The notes: generated by a model from the sequence alone, not told the origin. 64,000 nt of DNA from Lama guanicoe (GCA_013239625.1 MU055783.1:17342991-17406990); one strand, 5' to 3'. Positions 46,196-57,699 are shown, numbered from the stretch's first letter. Made by a program: numbers and translations.

Positions 46196-49047
46196 TCAGT
46201 CAATCACAAGGCGTCTCCCTGTGCCATTAATCTGCACCCGGAAGTAAAGAAGCGGGTTGGCCGCACCCGTCACTGGCCCCTCATTTCCCCAGACGGCTTT
46301 CACGTGGCCCTTGTGTTCCTGAGCTCTTGCAGAGATGGTGTTGCAGATGTAAACAGAAAAGGCTTCCGACCCCCAGACTCTGCTGTGTCGTGTCTCAGTC
46401 ACACAGAGCTGCCCCTGGTCACCCCACAGTCACATCAGCCACATTCGTGGAGGCTGCTTAAGGTGCTTCTGACGGAAGCTGTCCCTGACCCACCACCCCT
46501 CAACCTGAGATAGAAACCTGGGTGGGCAGGGGCAGGAGGCCCTTTACTTTCTCTACCAGCTCTGTGTAGGAGTGGAGGATACAAGGAGAACATTCGACAG
46601 GAGAAAGTTTAAAAAAAAAAATCGATCAGGCTTTGGCTATAAATTTAGGATCCAAGACCTACATTTCCAAGACCTCCCCATCACCTTACAACAGTATCAG
46701 CCACGTTCATGATACGACAGGTTCAGATCCCAGACTTTGCCTAGGGTCTGGCGGCAACTTTACCAGTTAGCTGCTCTGTGACTTTGAGCAAGTTCCTTAA
46801 CCGCTCTGAGCCTCTTCAACAGCAAGATGACAGGGCCTGCCTGCAGTCTGGCTGGAAGAAGTGAGAGACGGCTGCAGAGCTGGTAGCTCAGGGCAGGGAC
46901 TCCTGAGTGCGGGTTGCATTGCCCTGGGGTCGGCGTTCATCTCTGCAGCCAGCCACCACCATAGCTACCTTTCCGTCTTTGGAGAAACACTAAGTGTAAA
47001 AGCATCAGGTGAGCTCTCCAGGGTACTCCGTCTCTGACAGCTAACAAGGTTTTCTCCTTCCTGCCTACCAGCAAGGAGCCAGGCCCCGGGCTTGGCTTCA
47101 TCTGGCGTCTTGCTTCCTGGCACACGGGAGTGGAAATAGCTCTGAAATGTTCCAGACTGTAAACATTCAGATACAGGTGGGGTGGAGCAGACCCTCTACT
47201 AAGGAGGCAGGGATGGGGGCGGGGGTCTCAGGAGGGGGTTCTGTTGTCTGAAGTGTCTCAGTAATAACTTCCTTGGTTATGTCTTTGGGGAGCTGTCTTA
47301 TTGGTAAATAACAGAGGAGATTTCATATTAACCTTCATTTATTCAGCAGGTCTTATTGAGTGTTAGGTGCTACGGGTGCATCACTGAATAAGCAGGCCCC
47401 CTGCAGTATGGGCTTCTCTCCATTTCTAAGGACCGACACCAGTTGAAAAGCCACGTGTAAATCTTGATTAGTCTGGAAGAAATTACTTGGATGATTTATC
47501 AGGAAGAACAAAGACTTGCCTTCTGATTGCAAGAGTAATCTTCTGGAGCGAAAGTTGTGAGCTCTAACCTGGGAGAAAAGGGAGAAAATAAATCTCTGGA
47601 GTGACTGATCATCCTTTCTGGGCAAGCACATTTTGAGATGTTTGGAAAAGACTAGTCCCCTCAGACTAATTTATGGCATGTTTTCTATTAGAATTGCAAA
47701 AATCTCACCGAGGGCGTTAAAATATGACTTCACGTCATATTTAATACATGCTATATTTAAAACTGGGATGTGAACTGAAATGTGAAACAAAAACTGGAAG
47801 GAACTCCACTAATTTGCTAGGTTCTGAACTAATCTTGCTTCTGCTGTTGTGGGGTTTTTTTGTTTGTTTGTTTCCATCACTGTTCCTTATTGTTGTTCGT
47901 TAAGAGTATTTTGAATCAGAACCACACCATGAATTATTAAAATTATTCAGCTGGATTGAACCCGAAGCATTGCAATACCCCAGGTGGAACTGGACCAGTG
48001 GTTGTCTGGGCCCTGGCTCCCCACGCAGTCTGACAGTGTGATAGGCAGAGTGACACCCGTGGCTGCAGCGGTGGCCGTACGACTGAGGTCCGCATGGGCT
48101 CTGCCAGTTCAGGGGCGGCGTCAGAGTGAGGGGAAGTGCCTTAGCGGCACTGTTCTCTGCTTGGTCAACCCTTTAGCTCCCAATCTGGTAGTAAAATTAA
48201 GTTAATTCTGTAAGATTTTTGTATCCCCCAAGAAGAGATCTGAAAAGTAGAAATGAGTGTGATCAGGGTTCTGTGGAGGCAGAAATTATTAAGGAGGAAG
48301 GCAATATGGCCAGTGGCAAGGAGCATTTGGAGCCAGAAGAGTTACCCTGGAGAACTGCAAGGGAGAGGGGAGGGCACTTCGAAACACTGATGGTAAGTTT
48401 CAAAATGATGGGGCAAGGAGTGGAGACATGATTGGCACTGAATGGATGGGGTCAGGGAAGTTTAACACCCTTCATCGTGAGATGCAGCCTTGCAAAGAAT
48501 CGTGCCCCCCTCCTCCCCAAATACCATTAATGCTCTGCTTGAGAAACATCAGACAAACTCTTTGATTTTATAAAGGAGAAAATGGAGGCCCAGAAAGTGA
48601 TGCGATTTGTCCAAGGTCACACAGCTTGGAAATGACAAGACTAGACAGGAACCCAATTCTTCAGACCCTAAGACTCAGGTCTCTTCCCATTATGCTCTTT
48701 GTAAGGGGAATAAAAGAACTTAAGACTTAGTAGTTACAGGGAAAAAACCCTGCCTGGCATTGTAAATGACATTGGCACATTATGTGCCTGTGCCGTTTGT
48801 CACAGACACATCTCCCAACAACAGAAACAAAAAAATGAGACTATGTGTCTGAAATACCTTACTTTCTGCTAATCAGAAGCTCCAAACTGAATTCTGTATT
48901 CAGTTTGGAAGTCCTGAACTCCACTGCAGGGGGTGTTAATTGAAAGTACATTGGTTTGTTTGGGGATTTTTTTCAAACAACTTCATTGATCTGTAACCCA
49001 CATACTGTACAAGTCACCATTTAAAGTGCTCAGTTCACTTTAAATGG

Positions 49048-49296
49048 ACGCAAAGGAACTTACCTACAAAACAGGAACAGACTCACAGACATAGAGAACA
49101 AATTTATGGTTACCAGGGGTTAAAGGTGATGGGAAGGGATAAATTGGGAATTCGAAAATTGCGCCTCTTGGGGAGTGATGGAAATGTTAGCTATCTTGAT
49201 TGTGGTGGTGGTTTCATGGGTGTATATACATCTATCAAAATTCATCAAAGTGTACATCTGAAATATGTGTAGTTTACTGCACAGGAACATAAAAAA
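49048..49296 (+). mobile_element. Chimeric retroposed insertion: young L1 3' UTR piece fused to an ancient L1M-type 3' end
   Basis: 49048-49162 is colinear with 41357-41459; 49168-49280 is tggggagtgatggaaatgtt..tatcttgattgtggtggtggttt..; short A tail; TSD-like aaagtgctcagttca / aaagtgcttgattca. Confidence 0.75.
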
Positions 49297-49713
49297 GTGC
49301 TTGATTCAGTGGTTTTTAGTATATTCATGCAGTTGGACCACTGCTTAATCTGAGAACATTTTCGTCACTCCAGAAAGAAACCCTGTCCCCATGAGCAGTC
49401 ATCCCACTGAACCGAGCACTCCTCCCTCCACCCTCCTGTCAGTGTTTATAGATTTGCCTTCTAGGCATTTCATGTAAGTAGGATTTTATAATATGTGCTT
49501 TTTTGTGACTAGCTTGTGTTGCTTGTTGGCATAATGTTATCAAGGTTCCTCCAAGTCCTAGCATGTTTCAGTACTTCATTTCTTTTTATTGCTGAATAAT
49601 GTTCTGTTGTATGACTGCATCACATTTTATTTACTTGTACATCAGTTGATGGACATTTGGGTTATTTTTACTTTTTGGCTCTTATAAATAATCCTGCTGT
49701 GGACATTCGTATA

Positions 49714-49855
49714 NNNNNNNNNNNNNNNNNNNNNNNNNNNNNNNNNNNNNNNNNNNNNNNNNNNNNNNNNNNNNNNNNNNNNNNNNNNNNNNNNNNNNNN
49801 NNNNNNNNNNNNNNNNNNNNNNNNNNNNNNNNNNNNNNNNNNNNNNNNNNNNNNN
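49714..49855. other. Assembly gap (142 N)
   Basis: Run of N. Confidence 1.
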
Positions 49856-50172
49856 CCCACCAGCAGGATTCTGGTTTTTCCAGATCCTCACCAACACTCG
49901 TCATAGTCTGGGTTTCTTGTTTTTATTATAGCCATCTTTGCGGTGTGAAATAGTATTTCATTGTGGCTTTGATTTGCATTTTCTTAATGACTACTGATGT
50001 TGAGTATCTCTCCATGTGCGTATTGGCCATTTGTATGTCACCTTTGGAGAAATATCTGTTGAGATCCTTCACCCATTTTTAAGTTGGGATATTTGTCCTT
50101 TTATTGTTGAGTTGTTAGGGTTTTTGTATCTTTCTCAAACAAATCCTATGTCAGATATAAGATTTGGAAGTA

Positions 50173-50309
50173 NNNNNNNNNNNNNNNNNNNNNNNNNNNN
50201 NNNNNNNNNNNNNNNNNNNNNNNNNNNNNNNNNNNNNNNNNNNNNNNNNNNNNNNNNNNNNNNNNNNNNNNNNNNNNNNNNNNNNNNNNNNNNNNNNNNN
50301 NNNNNNNNN
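50173..50309. other. Assembly gap (137 N)
   Basis: Run of N. Confidence 1.
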
Positions 50310-50980
50310 ACCACTGCCTACTCCAAGATGCCAAAGATTTATTCCTATGTTTACACTAAGAGTTTTATAGTTTTGGCTCTTATGTTTATAAGTCTATGAT
50401 CCATTTTGAGTTCATTTTTATCTATGGTGTGAGTCAGGAGTCCATATTCATTACTTTGCCTGTGAAAATCCAGTTGTCCCAGCCCCATTTGTTGAAAAGG
50501 CTATTCTTTCCCCACTGAATTGTCTTGACACCCCTGTCTGCTTTGTTTTTAATAAACACACTACCTAGACTCCATCAGCTGTATTTTTAGCCTGGGGACA
50601 AATTCACAAGTAGTGTGTGACAGTCCTTTCCTTCTCAGGATTTATATTCAGTTAGGATGAGCCGAGAAACACACATGAAAGACAAAGCTGATGATACAGC
50701 AAACATTTCTAAAAATCCTTCCCCACTGGATGACTTCATAATACCATGTACCCCTCCTTCATCAAGCTGGTGGCAATCTCCCCCAGCTGAATAATATTTT
50801 TTACTCCACAGGGAGTGATAGTGGTCGCCCTAGTTATACTAACTGGAAACTGTCGTATGAGTGTTTACTATGTGGCAGGCACTTCTCTGAGCACTTGGCA
50901 TATCAGTCATTTAAACCTTGCAAGAACCCCATGAGGCAGTAACTATTATCCACATTTTATCAGTGAAGAAAATGAAACCC

Positions 50981-51128
50981 NNNNNNNNNNNNNNNNNNNN
51001 NNNNNNNNNNNNNNNNNNNNNNNNNNNNNNNNNNNNNNNNNNNNNNNNNNNNNNNNNNNNNNNNNNNNNNNNNNNNNNNNNNNNNNNNNNNNNNNNNNNN
51101 NNNNNNNNNNNNNNNNNNNNNNNNNNNN
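50981..51128. other. Assembly gap (148 N)
   Basis: Run of N. Confidence 1.
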
Positions 51129-53281
51129 TAACAATGAGCTAGCAGAAGGAGAAATTAAGAAAACAGTCTCATTTACAATTGCAACAAAATGAATAAAATA
51201 CCTTGGAATAAATTCAACCAAGGAAGTGAAAGACCTGTACACTGAAAGGTTCAGGCAGGGAGAGCTGATGTCTGTAAAGGAGGAAAGTGAAAGAAATTGA
51301 AGAAGACATAAATAAATGGAAAGATATTCCGTGCTCATGGATTGGAAGAATTAACATTGTTAAAATGTCCATATTACCTGAAGCAATCTACAGCTTCACT
51401 GCAATCCCTATCAAAACCCCAAGGACATTTTTTACAGAGATGGAACAAAAAACTCTAAAATTTATATGGAACCACAAAAGACCCCAAACAGCCAAAGCAA
51501 TCCTGAGAAAAAGAGAACAAAGCTGGAGGCATCATACGCCCTGATTTCAAACTGTACTACAAAGCCATAAAAATCAAAACAACGTGGTACTGGCAGCAAA
51601 AGATACATAGATCTATGGAACAGAATTGAGAGTCCAGAAATAAACCCACACATATATGGAGCAAAGAACATACAGTGGAGAAAGGATAGTTTCTTGAATA
51701 AATGGTGCTGGGAAAGCTGGACAGCCACATGCAAAAGATTGAAACCAGACCATTATCTTAAACCACACTAAAAAATCAACTCAAAATGGATTAAAGACTT
51801 GAATGTAAGACCTAAAACCATGCAACTCCTAGAAGAAAACATAAGTAGAAAGGTCTTGGCAATATCCTTCTAGATATGTCTCCTCAGGGAAGAGAAACAA
51901 ATACAAAAATAAACAAATGGGACATAATCAGACTCAAAGGCTTCTGCACAGCAAAGGAAACCATCAACAGAATGAAAAGTCATCCTACCAAATGGGAGAA
52001 GATATTTGCAAATGATATATTTGATAAGAGATTAACACCCAAAATATATAAAGACTTATACAACTGAACAACAGAAAAACAAACAAACCAATTAAAAAAT
52101 GGGCAGAGGAGCTGAATAGACATTTTTTCCAAAGAAGACACACGAATGGCCAACAAGCATATGAAGAGATGTTCATCACACTTTCAGTTACCAAGGGAAA
52201 GAGGGGAGGGAGGGATAAATTGGGAGTTTGAGATTGGCTGATACAAAATACTATGTAAGAATAGATAAACAACAAGGTCCTCCTGTATGGCACAGTGAAC
52301 TATATTCAATGGCTTGTAGTAACCTGTAATGAAAAAGGAGGGGTGTGTGTGTGTGGTGTGTGTGTGTGTGTGTGTGTGTAACTGAATCACTGTGCTGTAT
52401 ACCATAAACTAATACAGTATTGTAAATCAGCTATACTTCAATTTAAAAAAAGATGGAAACGTCACTAATCATCAGGGAAATGCAAATCAAAACCACAATG
52501 ACGTATCACCTGACACCTGTTAGAATGGCTATCACCAAAAAAGCAAGAAATAGCAAGTGTTGATGAGGAGATGGAGAAAAAGGAGCCCTCATGCACTGTT
52601 GGTGGGAATGTAAATTGGTTGCAGCCACTATGAAAAACTTTATGGAAATTCCTCAAAAAATTAACACTAAAACTACCATATGATCCAGCAATCCCACTTC
52701 TAGGTATTTATCCAGAAAATACAAAAACACTTGTTCAAAAAGATACATGCACCCCTCTGTTCCTTGTGGCATTATTTACAGTAGTCAAGATGTGGAAACA
52801 ACCTCCATACCCATCAGCTGATGAATGGATGAAGAAGACATGGTGTATATACATACATACGCACACGATGGAATACTGCTCAGCCATAAAAAAGAACAAA
52901 ATCCTGTCATTTGCAACAACATAGATGAACCTTAAGGGTATTACACTAAGTGAAAGAAGTCAGAGAAAGACAAATACAGGATTTCATCCATATGTGGAAT
53001 ATAAAAAACGAACCAAAAAGCAAAATAAATGAACAAACCAAACCAAACAAAAACAAACATGTAGATAAAGAGAACAGAGTAGTGGTTATGGGAGGGTAAG
53101 ATGGGGGTGGAGAAGGTGAAATCTGTCAAGAGGGTCTGCTGTATGATGACAGATGGAAACTAAATTTTTGATGGTGAGCACGCCATCGTATATCCAGAAA
53201 TCAAATATAATGGTGTACACGTGAAGCTTATATAATATTCTAAACCAATGTTACCTCAATAAAAATAAATTTAAAAAAAAA
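51129..53281 (+). mobile_element. L1 3' portion: disrupted ORF2 C-terminal region, 3' UTR and poly(A)
   Basis: ORF 51287-51544 [43 protein letters not shown] and ORF 51876-52067 KINKWDIIRLKGFCTAKETINR are L1 ORF2p, with frameshifts; ends gttacctcaataaaaataaatttaaaaaaaaa. Confidence 0.95.
52182..52450 (+). mobile_element. Younger L1 3' end nested inside the L1 ORF2; contains (GT)n at 52343-52379
   Basis: gttaccaagggaaagaggggagggagggataaattgggagtttgag..ctatacttcaatttaaaaaaa; host ORF2 resumes at tcactaatcatcagggaaatgcaaatc. Confidence 0.9.
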
Positions 53282-53534
53282 CAACTGTATAAGGACATAG
53301 ATGATAAAATGCTGAGTTTATTCTTTAAAAAAACACCCAAGTTGAGATGTAAGAGACCCAGACTGCAGCTTAGAAGGGGGAATATGTCACTATGTCACCA
53401 TTAGTGTGAAGGAAAAAAAAACCTGCAGAGACCAGATATGGAGTCTTTGGAAGGACTGAGAGGAGGAGATGGCGCCACTAGGTAATCTGTGTGGGGATTG
53501 CTCAAACATCACAGTTCATTCCCTTTTGCCCTTA

Positions 53535-53734
53535 NNNNNNNNNNNNNNNNNNNNNNNNNNNNNNNNNNNNNNNNNNNNNNNNNNNNNNNNNNNNNNNNNN
53601 NNNNNNNNNNNNNNNNNNNNNNNNNNNNNNNNNNNNNNNNNNNNNNNNNNNNNNNNNNNNNNNNNNNNNNNNNNNNNNNNNNNNNNNNNNNNNNNNNNNN
53701 NNNNNNNNNNNNNNNNNNNNNNNNNNNNNNNNNN
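53535..53734. other. Assembly gap (200 N)
   Basis: Run of N. Confidence 1.
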
Positions 53735-54835
53735 AGTCACTCAGCTAATAAGCGAAGAGGCCAAATTTGAACCCAGCAACCCAGTTCCAGACACCAGTCC
53801 ACACTTTCAACATCTTAACAGTGAGACTAAACTGCCTCTCCCATCCACGCTTCTGTCCCTGGTCCCCAGCATATCCTTGGCACTCAGTAACCATTCGTTG
53901 AATACACAATTGGATGAAATGAATAAACAGCTAGAGGAGAAGTTGAGACAAAACAGCAGTGGCCATGGGAAAGGAGGGTTGATTTATGGGAGAAAATTAG
54001 AGGGCTGAATCCGTACAGATAGAGTTTGCATACATGGGGGTGATGACGAAGCCAGAAGGCGCCCTGGGGGAGGGGAATTATCTAACGTGGTAGAAACGGG
54101 GAGGAGGAGAGAAGGGGTGGTGAGGTGCAAAATGGGGGCTGGAGTACAGATGAGGAACCACAGAGCTTACCTTGCAGCCTGCAGAATGGTCTGTGTAAGA
54201 AAAGTGCAGAAATGCCAGCAAGTCAGCATGTACACCAAAAGCATCGACCCCGTCACTTGAAGGGTGCTGGCTGGGGGCTCCTGTGCTCGGCAGGGTGCAG
54301 GGCAGACCCTCCAGGGCTCACCTGGGGTCAGCAAGACATCGATGGCTCTGAGACGATGGTGCAGCACGTGTGTCAAATTATTATCGTTTTGGCAAACTAT
54401 TGCTTGTCATGGAATTCGAGAGAAGCCATATCTCAGGAGAGAGACCTTCGCAGAAGCTCAGGCGGGAGACCCGGAGTCTGTAAAGGAGAGCGGGATAGGC
54501 TGGACGACGTGACTGAACGCTTGGCTGCTTGGCTTCTCTCACGGTCCACGAGCCAGAAGGTCACCTCCAGCTGGGAAGGGTGAGGCTGTGCCAGGGTGGG
54601 ACCGCAGGCAAAGGCATGAGACAGCCTTCCGTGAAAACGCAGTGCCCACCACCTGGGAACCATGGAGATAATAGCAATCACCAGTATTATCGCCTGCTCT
54701 CTGACTGCCAGGCACCGTTCACTAGCGTTTTGCACCACATTGGACCCTTCGAGGAAGTTTCTTCTATTGTTGTGATCCTCATTTTACAGGGGAGGAAGTG
54801 AGGTTAGGGAGGTTATGGGACTGGCATAAGGTCAT

Positions 54836-55347
54836 TGTGATGGTGGATTTTATGTCTCCTTGGTTGGCCCAAGGGATGACCAGAGGGCTCGTAAATGTTT
54901 CTGGGTGTTTCTGGAAGGGATGAGCATTTGAATTGTGAACTGAGTAAAGCAGATGGTCCTCCCCAGTGTCGGTGGGACGCATCTGGTCCTCCGCAGACAA
55001 AAAGATGGAGGAGGGAGAAATTGACTCTCTCTGCTCCAGCTGGAGCATCCGTCCTCTCCTGCCCTCAGACTACTGGACATCGGTGCTTTTGGTCTCGGAC
55101 GTTCAGATTCAGACAGGGATGTACACCCCCAGCTCCCTGGTTCTCAGGCGTTTGGATTTGGGCTTAACTACACCCCTGGCTTCCCTGGGCCTCCAGCCTG
55201 CAGAGGGCAGCTCGTGGCACTTCCCAGCTTCCATTATCGTCCGAGTCAACCCGTCAGAGTAAATCAGTCTATCTGTCTATTTATTGATCGGTCGATGGAT
55301 CCCATCTCCTATTGGCTCTGTTCCTCTGGGGTAAGCCTGACTGTACT
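54836..55347 (+). mobile_element. MLT2B-like ERVL solo LTR with perfect 5-bp TSD (GTCAT), inserted in a MIR
   Basis: Starts tgtgatggtggattttatgt, ends tcctattggctctgttcctctgggg..cctgactgtact; GTCAT at 54831-35 and 55348-52; MIR halves ~54690-54835 and ~55353-55425. Confidence 0.92.
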
Positions 55348-56039
55348 GTCATCCACTAAATGGCAGGGCCAGGATTTGAGCCCACACTCTTGTGACCTCA
55401 GAGGTGAAGCTCTTCTTAACTACTGCATTCTAAAGGCAGAATCCCTGCCTGTTGGGATCTTACAGCTTGGTTTGGGTGACCAAGTAAACAGACAGAAAAC
55501 GACAAGGAGGGGCTGTGCCGTGCCGTGTGCCCACGAGAGCGAGCGAGGGAACCTAGATGGACAGCATGGAGACTCTGGCCAAGAGGGAGCTGTGGTCAAG
55601 AAAGTGGACACTCAGGGTGTGGAAGGAAATGGAATGGGCTCGCTCTGCACACTCAAGGGTTAAGAACTGATGGAGTAACCTCTCTAAGACTCAGTTTTTT
55701 CCTTTGAAAAATGGGGACAAGACCCATCTCCTCATTTACTGGGATTAATCAAATGAAACAGTGTTGGTGAAGAGCTTAGCACAGGGCTTGGCATCTGGGA
55801 AGCACACCGTAGACAGTAGCTGTTGTTATTCATTGTTGCTCTGGTTTTTGCTGGTGTGATTATTATTATGCAAGCACTGTCTTAGGTGCTGGGTGACCAG
55901 AAGGAATAAGACCCAGCCCCAGCCCTTGAGGAGCTTAGAGAGAGTCCAGGCAAGGAGAGAAACAGTGTTGCCATACTGCTGGTGTACCTCTCTGTGCACG
56001 CCCCACTCCTGACTGTAAGAACTCAAGCTGAGACCGTCA

Positions 56040-56450
56040 AACAAGAAACCACCAGTGGCTGTTGTGAAGTGTACCTAGTGTGATAGGTGCAGCGTGAGAG
56101 TTGGATGCAGCCTGTGGTTTGACAGGCTTCTGCTGATGCTGGCCAGGCTGGGCTCCGTTCTGTGCATGGGGCTCAGGTTTGCTCTACCTGTTTCTCTTGC
56201 TTCTGGGAGGAGACCTGGGCTACCCAGGGCATTTCCCACGGAGTCAGAAAGATAAGAGCCCATGTCGAGCTGTACAAGCATATTTTAAGCCTCTGCTTGT
56301 GGCCCAAATTATAGTCCTGATGGCCAGAGTAAGTCACATGGCCAAGCCCAAGGTCAGGGGTGCAGGAAAGGTACTCTCCCTCTAGTGAGAGCAACTGCAA
56401 GGCTGCGTGGTCAAGGGCGTGGGTGCAGGAAAGAGTGAAGAATTCGGAAC
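56040..56450 (-). mobile_element. MLT1H/I-type MaLR LTR fragment
   Basis: aagcctctgcttg..tggccagagtaagtcacatggccaagcccaaggtcaggggtgcaggaaag..gtgaagaatt. Confidence 0.7.
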
Positions 56451-57139
56451 AGAGATGTATTTCACACTGAAGTTTGGAGGGGGAGGAGGCTCTGGCCACA
56501 GCATCTGCCCCTCAGCCCGACAGATGCCCTGTTTTCCAGGCGACGTGCCTGGCCATGGCAAAGCACCTCCCCGCCTTAACCCTCAGTACCAGCTCCCAGC
56601 CCCCAAACTCCTGAAGGCCTGCTGCAGCCGGTTGTACAGCCCAATTCTGGCTCCAGCCAGCGCTGCCTTTATTGAGTCTCCCTCTGACTCATTATTTACA
56701 TGGACAGTAAAATAAAGCTTAACTCAGAATTACCGTAAGGCAGCGCACCCGAGCAAAGCCGGCATCTGGACCTTCACAGCTGAGAGCCGACTAAATAAAA
56801 GGGGGAGGGAATAAAAAGATGAGTGGCAAATAAAATGTCAGGGGATGCTTAATTATGTAAAGGTTATGCGTCTGCCTGCATAATTGTCTACAGTGGCTGG
56901 TGGCAGCAGCTGGTGGAGGAAACCGGTCTTCAGATCTGTTTATGTGTTTATCTGGTGCCTGTCACCGTAATGGCTACAAGCAGTATTGATTGCAAATTAA
57001 TTTTGCCTCATTTCTTCTCTTTCTTGGCTCTACCTTTGCTACTGCCTCCCTCACTGAAAGAGGAAACTTATTGAATAAATGGCAAAAACTTGGGAGTTTG
57101 GGGAGATGGGGACAGAGTCCACCAGGAAACACACAAACA

Positions 57140-57330
57140 AGCTCTTGATATGCCCAGCACTAGCCCCGTGTTTTTTTTTAACATGTGTAGCTAACTTATC
57201 TCATACTCACAACAATTCTGTAAGGTAGGTATTATTATAATTCCTGTTTTACAGATGAGAATGTTGATGCCCAGAGAGGTTAAGTATCTTGAAAAAGTTA
57301 CACAGCTTGGATGTGGCCTTCACTTAACCA
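57140..57330 (-). mobile_element. MIR SINE
   Basis: ctcacaacaattctgtaaggtaggtattatt..ttttacagatgag..cagagaggttaagt. Confidence 0.8.
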
Positions 57331-57699
57331 CGACCCTCCCAGATCAGGCTCCGCCAGCTGGAATTTGGGGAGTTCCTTCATGTACTTGGAGTGAAACTAA
57401 ACTCTTCACCAAAGACTGCAGTGCCCCATATGTTCCAGCTCCTAGCTGGTCTCCAAACATCACTTTTTTCTAATGTTCTCTGCCTCAGAACTCCACCCTT
57501 GCAAGGATTACAGCCTCCCTGGTCACTCAGCAGGCTGTCCACCCCTCACCCTTAATATTCTTGCTCACAGCATCCTCTGTGTTTCCCCTGGGCAGTTGCA
57601 AGATTTGTCAGGTCTCCCCTCCAGGCTGTACGTTCCTTCCAAGCCAGGGTCATACTTGTTTGTTCACCTGTGTGTTCCCAGACCCTGGGACACAGAGAC

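Larger units (their letters stand above)
48965..50540 (-). mobile_element. L1MB-type element (antisense), interrupted by an insertion and two gaps
   Basis: ttcagtggtttttagtatattca..gatggacatttgggttattttta..tttgatttgcattttcttaatgact..atccagttgtcccagccccatttgttgaaaagg. Confidence 0.88.

Noticed and set aside
47209-47238. G-quadruplex-like G runs (also ~152-180 and ~2657-2700)
   Set aside because: Common in GC-rich introns; no positional or other support.
51287-52067. L1 ORF2-like ORFs as a functional gene
   Set aside because: Frameshifted, 5'-truncated and interrupted by insertions; a dead L1 copy.
40862-54008. ORFs containing long X runs
   Set aside because: Artefacts of translating N gaps.
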